A DNA stretch of 64,000 bases from an uncultured virus (IMG/VR IMGVR_UViG_3300021962_006479) (IMGVR_UViG_3300021962_006479); one strand, 5' to 3'. Positions 50,928-57,640 are shown, counted from the first letter of the stretch. Notes: generated from the letters alone by a model not told the origin. Numbers and translations are program-made.

Positions 50928-52388
50928 ATGATTATATTATTCAATGAAAGTCCTAACGTGCCTAACAGATCCATTGGGATTTATAGGATCGCCACAGTAT
51001 TACGCAGACAGGGTTTAGAGGTAGAAGTGATAGATTACCTATCACACTGGGATCTAGATATATTGTTTAAATATCTAGATAGTATTGAAAACATTGAATG
51101 GTTTGGATTCAGTACTAAGTTCTATCAACCCGGATTTAGTGTACAAAGTTATCTAACACAACGAAATATAGAAGGTTCAGGATTATTCACTCGTTTTTCT
51201 GTAGAAGGAGAAAACAAATTAATTTCATATATAAAAAGTAGAAAGAAAAAACTTGTATTGGGCGGTCCTAACGCAGAACTAGTTAGACACATGACAAGTG
51301 ATTTTGATATTGTATGTATGGGATATTCCGATGTCTCTGTAATTGCAATACATAATTATCTGGTTAACAACGGTACTTTGATTAGTGAATCATATAACGG
51401 AATGCAAGTGGTAAACAGTGATCGTGATTACCCGATAACTGATTTGTCCGATCTAGAAACAAACTATGATTATACTGATTTTATAAGTGACAATGAAGTA
51501 TTTCCTATAGAGATAGGTAGAGGTTGCATTTTTCATTGTGCTTTTTGTGAATTTGCCCATCTGGGTAAAAAACTAGGAACCTACATTCGTGATAAAGAAA
51601 GTATTAAAAGAGATATAGTAGATAGGTACACCCAGTATGGATCTACTAGATTTATTTTTGTAGACGATACATTTAACGATAGCATTGAAAAAATGCAAAT
51701 GATTAAAGAAATTAGAGAAGAAACTAACATTGATTTTCAATTTTGGGCATATTGTAGATTAGATTTGCTTGCATCCAAAACTGAACAAGTTGATTTAATT
51801 TCTGAAATAGGTTGGAGGTCAATGACATTTGGTGTTGAAACTTTCAACCGAGATAGTGGTAAGGCTGTTGGTAAAGGAGCTGATCCCAACAAATTAAAAT
51901 CATTTTTATTACAATTAAGAGAACGATTTCCCGATAATAAATTTCAAATTAATTTAATATTAGGCCTACCCCATGACACTGAAGAAACTGCAAGAGATAC
52001 AGTTCAATGGTTCATTGATAATCCTACGCTTACTCAACATGTAAAAGTTGGTTCTTTGGGAATTCGTAATTCAGAAGGTAGAATGTTCTCTAGTAAGTTT
52101 GCATCCAATCCAGAAAAATATGGATATACAATTACTAACAAAATTTTATACAAAAATTTGCAGTGGAAAACAGAACATATGTCAAACTCATCAGCTTCTA
52201 AATTAGCAAGTGAACTTCAAACTAAATTTAATGAATCAATAAAAGGCTTGTATGATAATAAAAATCCTATAACAGAAATGAGGGAAGAACCAGTGGTTGT
52301 AATAGACGATGAAGGTAAAGTTCATAATAATTTAAGATACATAATAAAAACCTATATTGCAAAAAAGCTTGCCCACAGACAAATTTAA
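50928..52388 (+). CDS. B12-binding-domain radical SAM protein
   Basis: G.YRIAT.LR..G, GGP, E.GRGCIFHCAFC (CxxxCxxC), DDTFND, FG.ET. Confidence 0.85.
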   Translation: MIILFNESPNVPNRSIGIYRIATVLRRQGLEVEVIDYLSHWDLDILFKYLDSIENIEWFGFSTKFYQPGFSVQSYLTQRNIEGSGLFTRFSVEGENKLISYIKSRKKKLVLGGPNAELVRHMTSDFDIVCMGYSDVSVIAIHNYLVNNGTLISESYNGMQVVNSDRDYPITDLSDLETNYDYTDFISDNEVFPIEIGRGCIFHCAFCEFAHLGKKLGTYIRDKESIKRDIVDRYTQYGSTRFIFVDDTFNDSIEKMQMIKEIREETNIDFQFWAYCRLDLLASKTEQVDLISEIGWRSMTFGVETFNRDSGKAVGKGADPNKLKSFLLQLRERFPDNKFQINLILGLPHDTEETARDTVQWFIDNPTLTQHVKVGSLGIRNSEGRMFSSKFASNPEKYGYTITNKILYKNLQWKTEHMSNSSASKLASELQTKFNESIKGLYDNKNPITEMREEPVVVIDDEGKVHNNLRYIIKTYIAKKLAHRQI

Positions 52389-52432
52389 CAATAAGTATTA
52401 AAAAATAATTGCAAAAATGGGCGAACGAAAGT

Positions 52433-52461
52433 TTGACATTAATTCAAAACCGTGCTATACT
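52433..52461 (+). promoter_or_regulatory. sigma70-type promoter
   Basis: TTGACA-N17-TATACT. Confidence 0.8.
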
Positions 52462-52537
52462 TCAGCATGAATTGAGAAAAGGTGTAAAAAACATCCGTTG
52501 TTTACACTAATTTAAAACCAGGACTAAATAAAAGACT

Positions 52538-52675
52538 ATGATGAATAAAACTTGTAACATGTTGAAACATACCGGACAGTGGCTGTCATTAGCCAGTGTA
52601 TCCTTTGTACCAGCATATCCAACAAGTATTCGCGGCAATAATGATTCACAAGAACATGGCCCGGGGACTAGGTAA
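52538..52675 (+). CDS. Putative attenuator leader peptide (45 aa) MMNKTCNMLKHTGQWLSLASVSFVPAYPTSIRGNNDSQEHGPGTR
   Basis: Starts 7 nt after ACTAAATA; all 20 amino acids, 33 distinct codons; stop codon inside the antiterminator stem. Confidence 0.7.
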   Translation: MMNKTCNMLKHTGQWLSLASVSFVPAYPTSIRGNNDSQEHGPGTR

Positions 52676-52713
52676 CAAGTTAACATCATAACTACATTTA
52701 TCTAACCCCTGGG
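52660..52713 (+). promoter_or_regulatory. Antiterminator hairpin
   Basis: CCCGGGG/CCCTGGG + TAGGTAA/TTATCTA + AGTTA/TAACT; sequesters the 5' strand of the terminator. Confidence 0.7.
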
Positions 52714-52743
52714 AACTAAAAAGTCTCAGGGGTTTTTGCTTTT
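52704..52743 (+). terminator. Intrinsic terminator (attenuator)
   Basis: AACCCCTGGGA/TCTCAGGGGTT stem followed by TTTTTGCTTTT. Confidence 0.85.
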
Positions 52744-52754
52744 ACAGAGAGGAT

Positions 52755-52783
52755 TTGACAATAAATGGATGAACAGATACAAT
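52755..52783 (+). promoter_or_regulatory. sigma70-type promoter
   Basis: TTGACA-N17-TACAAT. Confidence 0.7.
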
Positions 52784-52932
52784 ACAAAACTTCTGAAAAC
52801 AAACAAGATTGGTTTAGCAATCATGTTTTGACTAAGGAACAAGTAGCACAGTTGATAGAAAATAAACTTGAACGTGCTAGAGTCCATCATGAGGCTACTA
52901 AGAAAGTTAACCAACTGACTTACACTGATTGA
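52765..52932 (+). CDS. Possible 55-aa protein MDEQIQYKTSENKQDWFSNHVLTKEQVAQLIENKLERARVHHEATKKVNQLTYTD
   Basis: Open frame right after the attenuator with GAGGA upstream; overlaps a sigma70 promoter. Confidence 0.4.
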   Translation: MDEQIQYKTSENKQDWFSNHVLTKEQVAQLIENKLERARVHHEATKKVNQLTYTD

Positions 52933-52933
52933 T

Positions 52934-53079
52934 GACAGCGTGAATAGGCAACGAGAGCCGTAATACAGCGCAAAATGTATAGAATGGGCGGACAGTATAT
53001 ATGAAAGCATGGAGACAACATGTTAGTAAGACTACTGGGTAGGGTATTGACCCTATCATGTCGTGTAGAGATACACGGC
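52934..53079 (+). ncRNA. Unnamed structured RNA A
   Basis: Hairpins GGC/GCC, ATACA/TGTAT, CAGTA/TACTG enclosing AGCATG/CATGTT, TAGGGT/ACCCTA, GTCGTGTA-GAGA-TACACGGC. Confidence 0.5.
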
Positions 53080-53160
53080 ATTCTAAAGCATACATAGTGG
53101 AAAATAAGGCCAAGAGGGCAACTTTGATGACTAGAGTGTACTATGTGTGTTTTAGAATGC
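53078..53160 (+). repeat. 21-bp inverted repeat abutting the first tRNA (putative processing stem)
   Basis: 53078-53098 pairs with 53140-53160 (two G-U pairs). Confidence 0.75.
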
Positions 53161-53235
53161 GACCGTAACTCAGTGGATTAGAGTACCTGTCTACGAAATA
53201 GGGAGTCGGAGGTTCAAGTCCTTCCGGTCGCACCA
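53159..53235 (+). tRNA. tRNA-Arg(ACG)
   Basis: Cloverleaf, loop ctACGaa, encoded CCA. Confidence 0.92.
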
Positions 53236-53241
53236 ATATAT

Positions 53242-53317
53242 GGGACCATAGCTCAGTCGGTAGAGCAGCGGACTTTTAATCCGTTGGTCGGGCGTTCGAA
53301 CCGCCCTGGTCCTACCA
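53242..53317 (+). tRNA. tRNA-Lys(TTT)
   Basis: Cloverleaf, ctTTTaa, CCA. Confidence 0.93.
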
Positions 53318-53325
53318 TAATAAAA

Positions 53326-53417
53326 GGAAACGTGGCAGAGCCCGGTTTAATGCACCTGACTTGAAATCAGACGGATCAGCAATGGTCCCGTGAGTTCGAA
53401 TCTCACCGTTTCTACCA
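53326..53417 (+). tRNA. tRNA-Ser(TGA)
   Basis: Long variable arm, ctTGAaa, CCA. Confidence 0.9.
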
Positions 53418-53423
53418 ATATAC

Positions 53424-53500
53424 GGTGCTTGTCGTCAAGCGGTTAAGACCTCGGATTGTGATTCCGATATGCGTGGGTTCAAATCCCATCAAGCACCCCA
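53424..53500 (+). tRNA. tRNA-His(GTG)
   Basis: G-1:C73, ttGTGat, CCA. Confidence 0.92.
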
Positions 53501-53501
53501 T

Positions 53502-53576
53502 GGATGTATAGCACAAGGGTAGTGCAATTCCTTCATACGGAATAGGTTAGTAGTTCAAATCTACTTACATCCACCA
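53502..53576 (+). tRNA. tRNA-Met(CAT), elongator-like
   Basis: ttCATac loop, paired G1-C72, CCA. Confidence 0.82.
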
Positions 53577-53580
53577 ATTC

Positions 53581-53655
53581 ACCGCTATAGCTCAGTGGTA
53601 GAGCACCGCCTTGATAAGGCGTAGGTCTCTGGTTCAAATCCAGGTGGCGGTACCA
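53581..53655 (+). tRNA. tRNA-Ile(GAT)
   Basis: ttGATaa, CCA. Confidence 0.9.
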
Positions 53656-54217
53656 ATTCTGTTATCGTAGATAACAACTCATTATAGTTAGAAGGTTTAG
53701 GAACAATATAATAATTTACATCATTTATTTTGGGTAAGTCTTCGTAATATAAGTCTAAATCAAACTTAATAGGTGCTGAGTTTAATCTATAATTTGCGTA
53801 TTTAATATATAAAATATTTTGTTTAATTTTTGCTATATCAATGTTAAGAGTGTCAACTAAATTTAGTTGATCGGTGTTTCTAAAATGCCACTTAAAATCT
53901 CTTTCAGTCGCAATGTAAAAACTTGCAATTTGTTCAACAATATTTTTTCTTCTAATTCTTATTTTATAAGAATTTTCAATAAGATAATTGGATATATCGC
54001 TTCTGTATCTATTTAAATGGATATAATGGAATTTAAGAATAAAGTTTTTTGACTGAGAGAAATAATCATAAAAGTCAGTCATTTCTTTGCCGCCGGTGTA
54101 ATCAGGTTCTTTAAAGTAAGGCACGTCACACAAAGTTTGTAGATATGAACCTAACACTGAACTTCCTGTTCTAGGTGATGAAATAATTAAGATTGGGGTT
54201 TTTGTAATATTAAACAT
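53585..54217 (-). CDS. Sulfotransferase-like protein inserted antisense in the tRNA array
   Basis: SSPRTGSS, R.N...Q.AS, YED; C-terminus reads through antisense tRNA-Ile. Confidence 0.7.
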   Translation of the reverse strand: MFNITKTPILIISSPRTGSSVLGSYLQTLCDVPYFKEPDYTGGKEMTDFYDYFSQSKNFILKFHYIHLNRYRSDISNYLIENSYKIRIRRKNIVEQIASFYIATERDFKWHFRNTDQLNLVDTLNIDIAKIKQNILYIKYANYRLNSAPIKFDLDLYYEDLPKINDVNYYIVPKPSNYNELLSTITELVPPPGFEPETYALSRRCSTTEL

Positions 54218-54237
54218 CAATTATTTAGCAAGATTAT

Positions 54238-54311
54238 TGGGGGTTAGTTAAATGGCATAACATCGGATTTTGATTCCGAGATCACAAGTTCGATTCTTGT
54301 ACCCTCTGCCA
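54238..54311 (+). tRNA. tRNA-Gln(TTG)
   Basis: ttTTGat, G73, CCA. Confidence 0.9.
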
Positions 54312-54315
54312 GTTA

Positions 54316-54465
54316 TGGGATAGACGATAGGTTTGAGTCCCTGTCAATCTAGTCACAGTGGGGTTAACTGTGATGACACTATAGTATGATTGACGGGTGT
54401 GTAAACTTGCCTATACGAGACAATCTAACGAGGCTTATTAACAATAAGATAGTTAGGCTCCCACC
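54316..54465 (+). ncRNA. Unnamed structured RNA B
   Basis: TGGGA/TCCCA closing stem; ATAGG/CCTAT; CCC.GTCAATC/GATTGACGGG; TCACAGT/ACTGTGA; CTAAC..CTTATT/AATAAG..GTTAG. Confidence 0.6.
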
Positions 54466-54471
54466 TTTATA

Positions 54472-54546
54472 GGGTCCTTAGTTCAATGGATAGAATACGA
54501 TGCTTCGAACTTCGGGATGTAGGTTCAATTCCTGCAGGACCCGCCA
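54472..54546 (+). tRNA. tRNA-Arg(TCG)
   Basis: ctTCGaa (one T-T mismatch in the anticodon stem), CCA. Confidence 0.85.
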
Positions 54547-54593
54547 TATGGCATTAAATACAATTAGTGATAATAACAGAAAAGGAGTACTAC

Positions 54594-55154
54594 ATGGCTG
54601 TTCTAGCACTAGATATCTCGGGAGTTCCCCGGCAATGGATATCAAATGATGACGCAATTACCTATAAAGCAAAAGATGCCATAGCATGGTCAATGGGTAA
54701 TATTGTGGCTAAATATCGCGGTGGTATACAAAACGACGGTACATTAAGCTACTTAGAAGCATCTAGTATCATCGCTATCAAAGGTCACGGATTTAATCCA
54801 TACAAACATGCATGTGTAGCATTAAGCAATAAAACATTGTTCGGTCGTGACCGTCATGTATGTGCATACTGCGGTGAACACTTTCCTAACTATCATATGT
54901 TAAGTAGAGACCATATTGTTCCAAAAAGCAAAGGTGGTGAAAACACTTGGATGAATGTTGTTACTGCTTGTAAAGATTGTAACAGCAAAAAAGGTCATAA
55001 AAGTTTAAAAGAAGTACGTATGGAATTGCTTTATTCTCCGTACGTACCTTCACATTATGAAAATATGATATTACAACATAGAACAATACTTGCTGACCAA
55101 ATGGAATATTTGTTAGCAGGAGTACCCAAACATTCTAGGATTTGGCAGAATTAG
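54594..55154 (+). CDS. HNH endonuclease
   Basis: LF.RD...CAYCG, DHIVP.SKGG...W.N.V.AC..CN..K; AAGGAG RBS. Confidence 0.9.
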   Translation: MAVLALDISGVPRQWISNDDAITYKAKDAIAWSMGNIVAKYRGGIQNDGTLSYLEASSIIAIKGHGFNPYKHACVALSNKTLFGRDRHVCAYCGEHFPNYHMLSRDHIVPKSKGGENTWMNVVTACKDCNSKKGHKSLKEVRMELLYSPYVPSHYENMILQHRTILADQMEYLLAGVPKHSRIWQN

Positions 55155-55155
55155 G

Positions 55156-55184
55156 TTGACATAAAAGTTTTCCTATGATACAAT
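55156..55184 (+). promoter_or_regulatory. sigma70-type promoter
   Basis: TTGACA-N17-TACAAT. Confidence 0.75.
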
Positions 55185-55201
55185 ACGCTTAAATAAAATA
55201 T

Positions 55202-55276
55202 GCCGACTTAGCACAGTGGTAGTGCAATCGCCTTGTAAGCGATAGGTCATCAGTTCGAATCCGATAGTCGGCACCA
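55202..55276 (+). tRNA. tRNA-Thr(TGT)
   Basis: ctTGTaa, CCA. Confidence 0.92.
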
Positions 55277-55283
55277 AAATTAT

Positions 55284-55359
55284 TCTCCTATAGCTCAGTC
55301 GGTAGAGCGTTTGACTGTTAATCAAAATGTCCGTGGTTCGAGCCCACGTAGGGGAGCCA
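55284..55359 (+). tRNA. tRNA-Asn(GTT)
   Basis: ctGTTaa, G73, CCA. Confidence 0.93.
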
Positions 55360-55369
55360 ATCAAATACT

Positions 55370-55444
55370 CTGGCGTTAGTATAATGGATCATACAGTAGC
55401 CTTCTAAGCTATCAATAGAGGTTCGATTCCTCTACGCCGGACCA
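55370..55444 (+). tRNA. tRNA-Arg(TCT)
   Basis: ctTCTaa, CCA. Confidence 0.9.
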
Positions 55445-56031
55445 TCAACATTTTCTAGTAGTAATCGCCATTCATCACTACTGTAGTGGTAATCGTCTAA
55501 TACTTCTAACATTCTAGAAAAAACTATTAAACCTCTTTTGTGGTTAATTACTTCATTATGAAGTCCTAATACTTGTTTATCAACAACCAACTTTAGTAAG
55601 TTCTCGCCTTCTTTTTTTAATCTAATCTTGTTAGAAATAATATTATATTTGGCGATTAATTCATTACATTCTACAATAGCATCTGTTGTCAGTTGATGTA
55701 ATGCACGGATCTCAATTTTCATTTTTAATATTAAATCATCAAACTCTGGATTAATATGTTGAATAAAATGTGAAACCATAACAGATAATCTGCCCATAAC
55801 TTCACTGTCGATGTTAATATTATTGTAATGATCGCCGGTTGAATCATAGTGTTTACGTTTAATTGGATCACTCAACACTTCATATGCGAATTTAATTTGT
55901 TTGAACTTTTCCACATCTCCTCCTTTATCAGGATGATGTAATTGTGCTAAAATTTTGTATTTTTGTTTGATTTCTTCAGACGTACAATTTTTGGGTAATT
56001 TTAGTTCATCATATAAGGTAGGTTGTTCCAT
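55432..56031 (-). CDS. DnaJ/J-domain protein
   Basis: LY..L......EIK..Y..LA...HPDK.GD...F..I..AYEVLSD...R..YD. Confidence 0.9.
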   Translation of the reverse strand: MEQPTLYDELKLPKNCTSEEIKQKYKILAQLHHPDKGGDVEKFKQIKFAYEVLSDPIKRKHYDSTGDHYNNINIDSEVMGRLSVMVSHFIQHINPEFDDLILKMKIEIRALHQLTTDAIVECNELIAKYNIISNKIRLKKEGENLLKLVVDKQVLGLHNEVINHKRGLIVFSRMLEVLDDYHYSSDEWRLLLENVDGPA

Positions 56032-56085
56032 AAGAATATTTATCATCAAGTATTTTATGTAGTATTAAGTACTAAAATCGTAAAT

Positions 56086-56114
56086 TTGACAATAAATCCT
56101 CAATCTGCTATACT
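56086..56114 (+). promoter_or_regulatory. sigma70-type promoter P1 of a tandem pair
   Basis: TTGACA-N17-TATACT. Confidence 0.8.
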
Positions 56115-56167
56115 CTATGTATAGATTGATTGAACAAGTTCTTGGAAACAGAGACACAAAAAAGAAT

Positions 56168-56196
56168 TTGACAATAAATGGTAGTTATGATACAAT
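56168..56196 (+). promoter_or_regulatory. sigma70-type promoter P2 of a tandem pair
   Basis: TTGACA-N17-TACAAT. Confidence 0.8.
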
Positions 56197-56236
56197 CATA
56201 GCATGAGTTGAAAAAGTCATCGCACTAATCAACAAA

Positions 56237-56247
56237 GTTCTTTAAAA
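56237..56247 (+). promoter_or_regulatory. boxA-like antitermination site
   Basis: GTTCTTTAAAA versus the rrn boxA consensus GCTCTTTAACA, just downstream of the promoters. Confidence 0.6.
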
Positions 56248-56283
56248 TTTAATTTTTCATATAGCCCTGTTTAAGTTACAGGG

Positions 56284-56502
56284 ACTATATGTAAACATAT
56301 TAAGGGTTACCTGATCCGTTAGGTACTCTATGGAAGCATAACCAGTTGACGGACTGGCTTCGCATAGAGTACAAGAAGCGTACCGACAATAGCAATATTG
56401 TTTAACGTGACGGGCAGTTAGGCAGTAATGACGAATGACATTGCATCAGTAGACGGTACTGATTATTTGTTTAATAGTTCCCATAGTGTGTTTTCATATA
56501 GT
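56284..56502 (+). ncRNA. Unnamed structured RNA C inside a long processing stalk
   Basis: 56284-56306 pairs with 56480-56502; internal GTACTCTATG/CATAGAGTAC, CCAGT/ACTGG, ACAATA-GCAA-TATTGT, ATCAGTA/TACTGAT. Confidence 0.65.
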
Positions 56503-56503
56503 G

Positions 56504-56631
56504 TGTTATTAGTTTTGCTGATGTAAGCCATTGAGTAAACGTCAACTCTAAGTAACTATGTATATAAACGGTACGTCCAGCTGGCAATTCCGTTGAGCAT
56601 AGCAAATAGTGCGTCAGCAAAACTAATAACA
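56504..56631 (+). ncRNA. Unnamed RNA D closed by a 21-bp inverted repeat
   Basis: 56504-56524 pairs with 56611-56631; inner CTATG/CATAG and AACGG/CCGTT. Confidence 0.6.
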
Positions 56632-56632
56632 T

Positions 56633-56707
56633 GGAGCATTCGTCTATCGGTTAGGACATTAGGTTTTCATCCTAAGAAGAGGAGTTCGATTCTCCTATGC
56701 TCTTCCA
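56633..56707 (+). tRNA. tRNA-Glu(TTC)
   Basis: ttTTCat, CCA. Confidence 0.9.
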
Positions 56708-56709
56708 AA

Positions 56710-56896
56710 GAATCCCGTTACTATTTTCGTTAAAATAGCGTTTGATTAATGATAGAGATCCGGTGGCAGAAGACCGTTAGCGAGTTAATTACTCTGAATC
56801 TGATAGGCAGTATCTCTCTGCACACAGACGTTAGAATAAAAGAGATGGACAGAGTAACCGCTCAATTAAGGGCTGGCATGGAAACCAGTAGCTTAT
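56710..56896 (+). ncRNA. Unnamed structured RNA E
   Basis: CTATTTT/AAAATAG, CGGT/ACCG, AGCG/CGCT, TTACTCTG/CAGAGTAA, ATCTCT/AGAGAT, CTGG/CCAG. Confidence 0.55.
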
Positions 56897-56904
56897 ACTA
56901 ATAC

Positions 56905-57026
56905 ATAACATAGATGTATACAACAACCCTAATATTATACACATCTATGTTATACTAATTTTTGAGTTACATCGCCCTGACACTTCTCTCAGTAATGAGA
57001 CACTAGGTCTTGCAACCGTAACTCAT
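56905..57026 (+). repeat. Two hairpins: ATAACATAGATGT/ACATCTATGTTAT and TGAGTTAC/GTAACTCA
   Basis: Visible inverted repeats between RNA E and tRNA-Tyr. Confidence 0.55.
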
Positions 57027-57029
57027 CTT

Positions 57030-57114
57030 GGAGATGAAGCATCAATGGTGATGCAGTGGACTGTAAATCCGCCGCCTTATGGCACGACTGGTTCGATCCC
57101 AGTAATCTCCACCA
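57030..57114 (+). tRNA. tRNA-Tyr(GTA)
   Basis: ctGTAaa, long variable arm, CCA. Confidence 0.9.
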
Positions 57115-57187
57115 AGAATATAGGAGAGTCGCTGGGCAGGCGTACTCTTAATCGACCTAGGCCAAAGGGGTGTCCTATTCTACTTAT

Positions 57188-57264
57188 GCACCGTTAGCGC
57201 AGTTGGTTAGCGCACCGCCCTGTCACGGCGGGGGTCAGGGGTTCGAGTCCCCTACGGTGCGCCA
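57188..57264 (+). tRNA. tRNA-Asp(GTC)
   Basis: ctGTCac, G73, CCA. Confidence 0.93.
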
Positions 57265-57271
57265 AGTATTA

Positions 57272-57359
57272 GGAGAGTTGGGTGAGTGGTTAAACCAGCA
57301 GATTGCTAATCTGTCATCCAGAAATGGGTGCGTGGGTTCGAATCCCACACTCTCCACCA
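57272..57359 (+). tRNA. tRNA-Ser(GCT)
   Basis: ttGCTaa, long variable arm, CCA. Confidence 0.92.
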
Positions 57360-57363
57360 GAAC

Positions 57364-57557
57364 GTTCCGGGTGTCTCCGGATAGTGTGACCCACACGATG
57401 AGAAGTAGTGTGACAACTACGGGTGGTAGTCTTTAAACCGAAAGGCCGCTGGCAGTGCGAGAACGGTCCCTGTCGGGAAGCGGGTGGAAGGAGTGTGTGA
57501 TGGGTATGATAGCGTCATATCTTGATACTCTATAATTACCGCCGGGGGATGCAGAGC
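57364..57557 (+). ncRNA. Unnamed GC-rich multibranched RNA F
   Basis: GTGTCTCC/GGGGATGC, GTGTG/CACAC, GTAGT/ACTAC, GGTGGTAGT/ATTACCGCC, CC-GAAA-GG, CCGCT/AGCGG, GGGTATGA/TCATATCT. Confidence 0.7.
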
Positions 57558-57562
57558 AATAT

Positions 57563-57640
57563 GCATCGGTGGCAGAGTGGTCAAATGCAACGGATTGCAA
57601 ATCCGTAAAATCGTCAGTTCAAATCTGACCCGATGCTCCA
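57563..57640 (+). tRNA. tRNA-Cys(GCA)
   Basis: ttGCAaa, U73, CCA. Confidence 0.92.

Noticed and set aside
52507..53113. Minus-strand ORFs across the leader/attenuator region
   Set aside because: No RBS or promoter support; plus-strand promoters, leader and terminator explain the region
56200..57030. rRNA fragment (given boxA and tandem promoters)
   Set aside because: No recognisable 16S, 23S or 5S conserved sequence
57113..57181. Small stem-loop between tRNA-Tyr and tRNA-Asp
   Set aside because: Only a short closing stem (TAGGA/TCCTA) is supported, too little to call an RNA gene
57364..57557. Cobalamin riboswitch or T-box
   Set aside because: Only a partial GGGAA..GGTG resemblance; B12 box and T-box antiterminator absent; no downstream CDS
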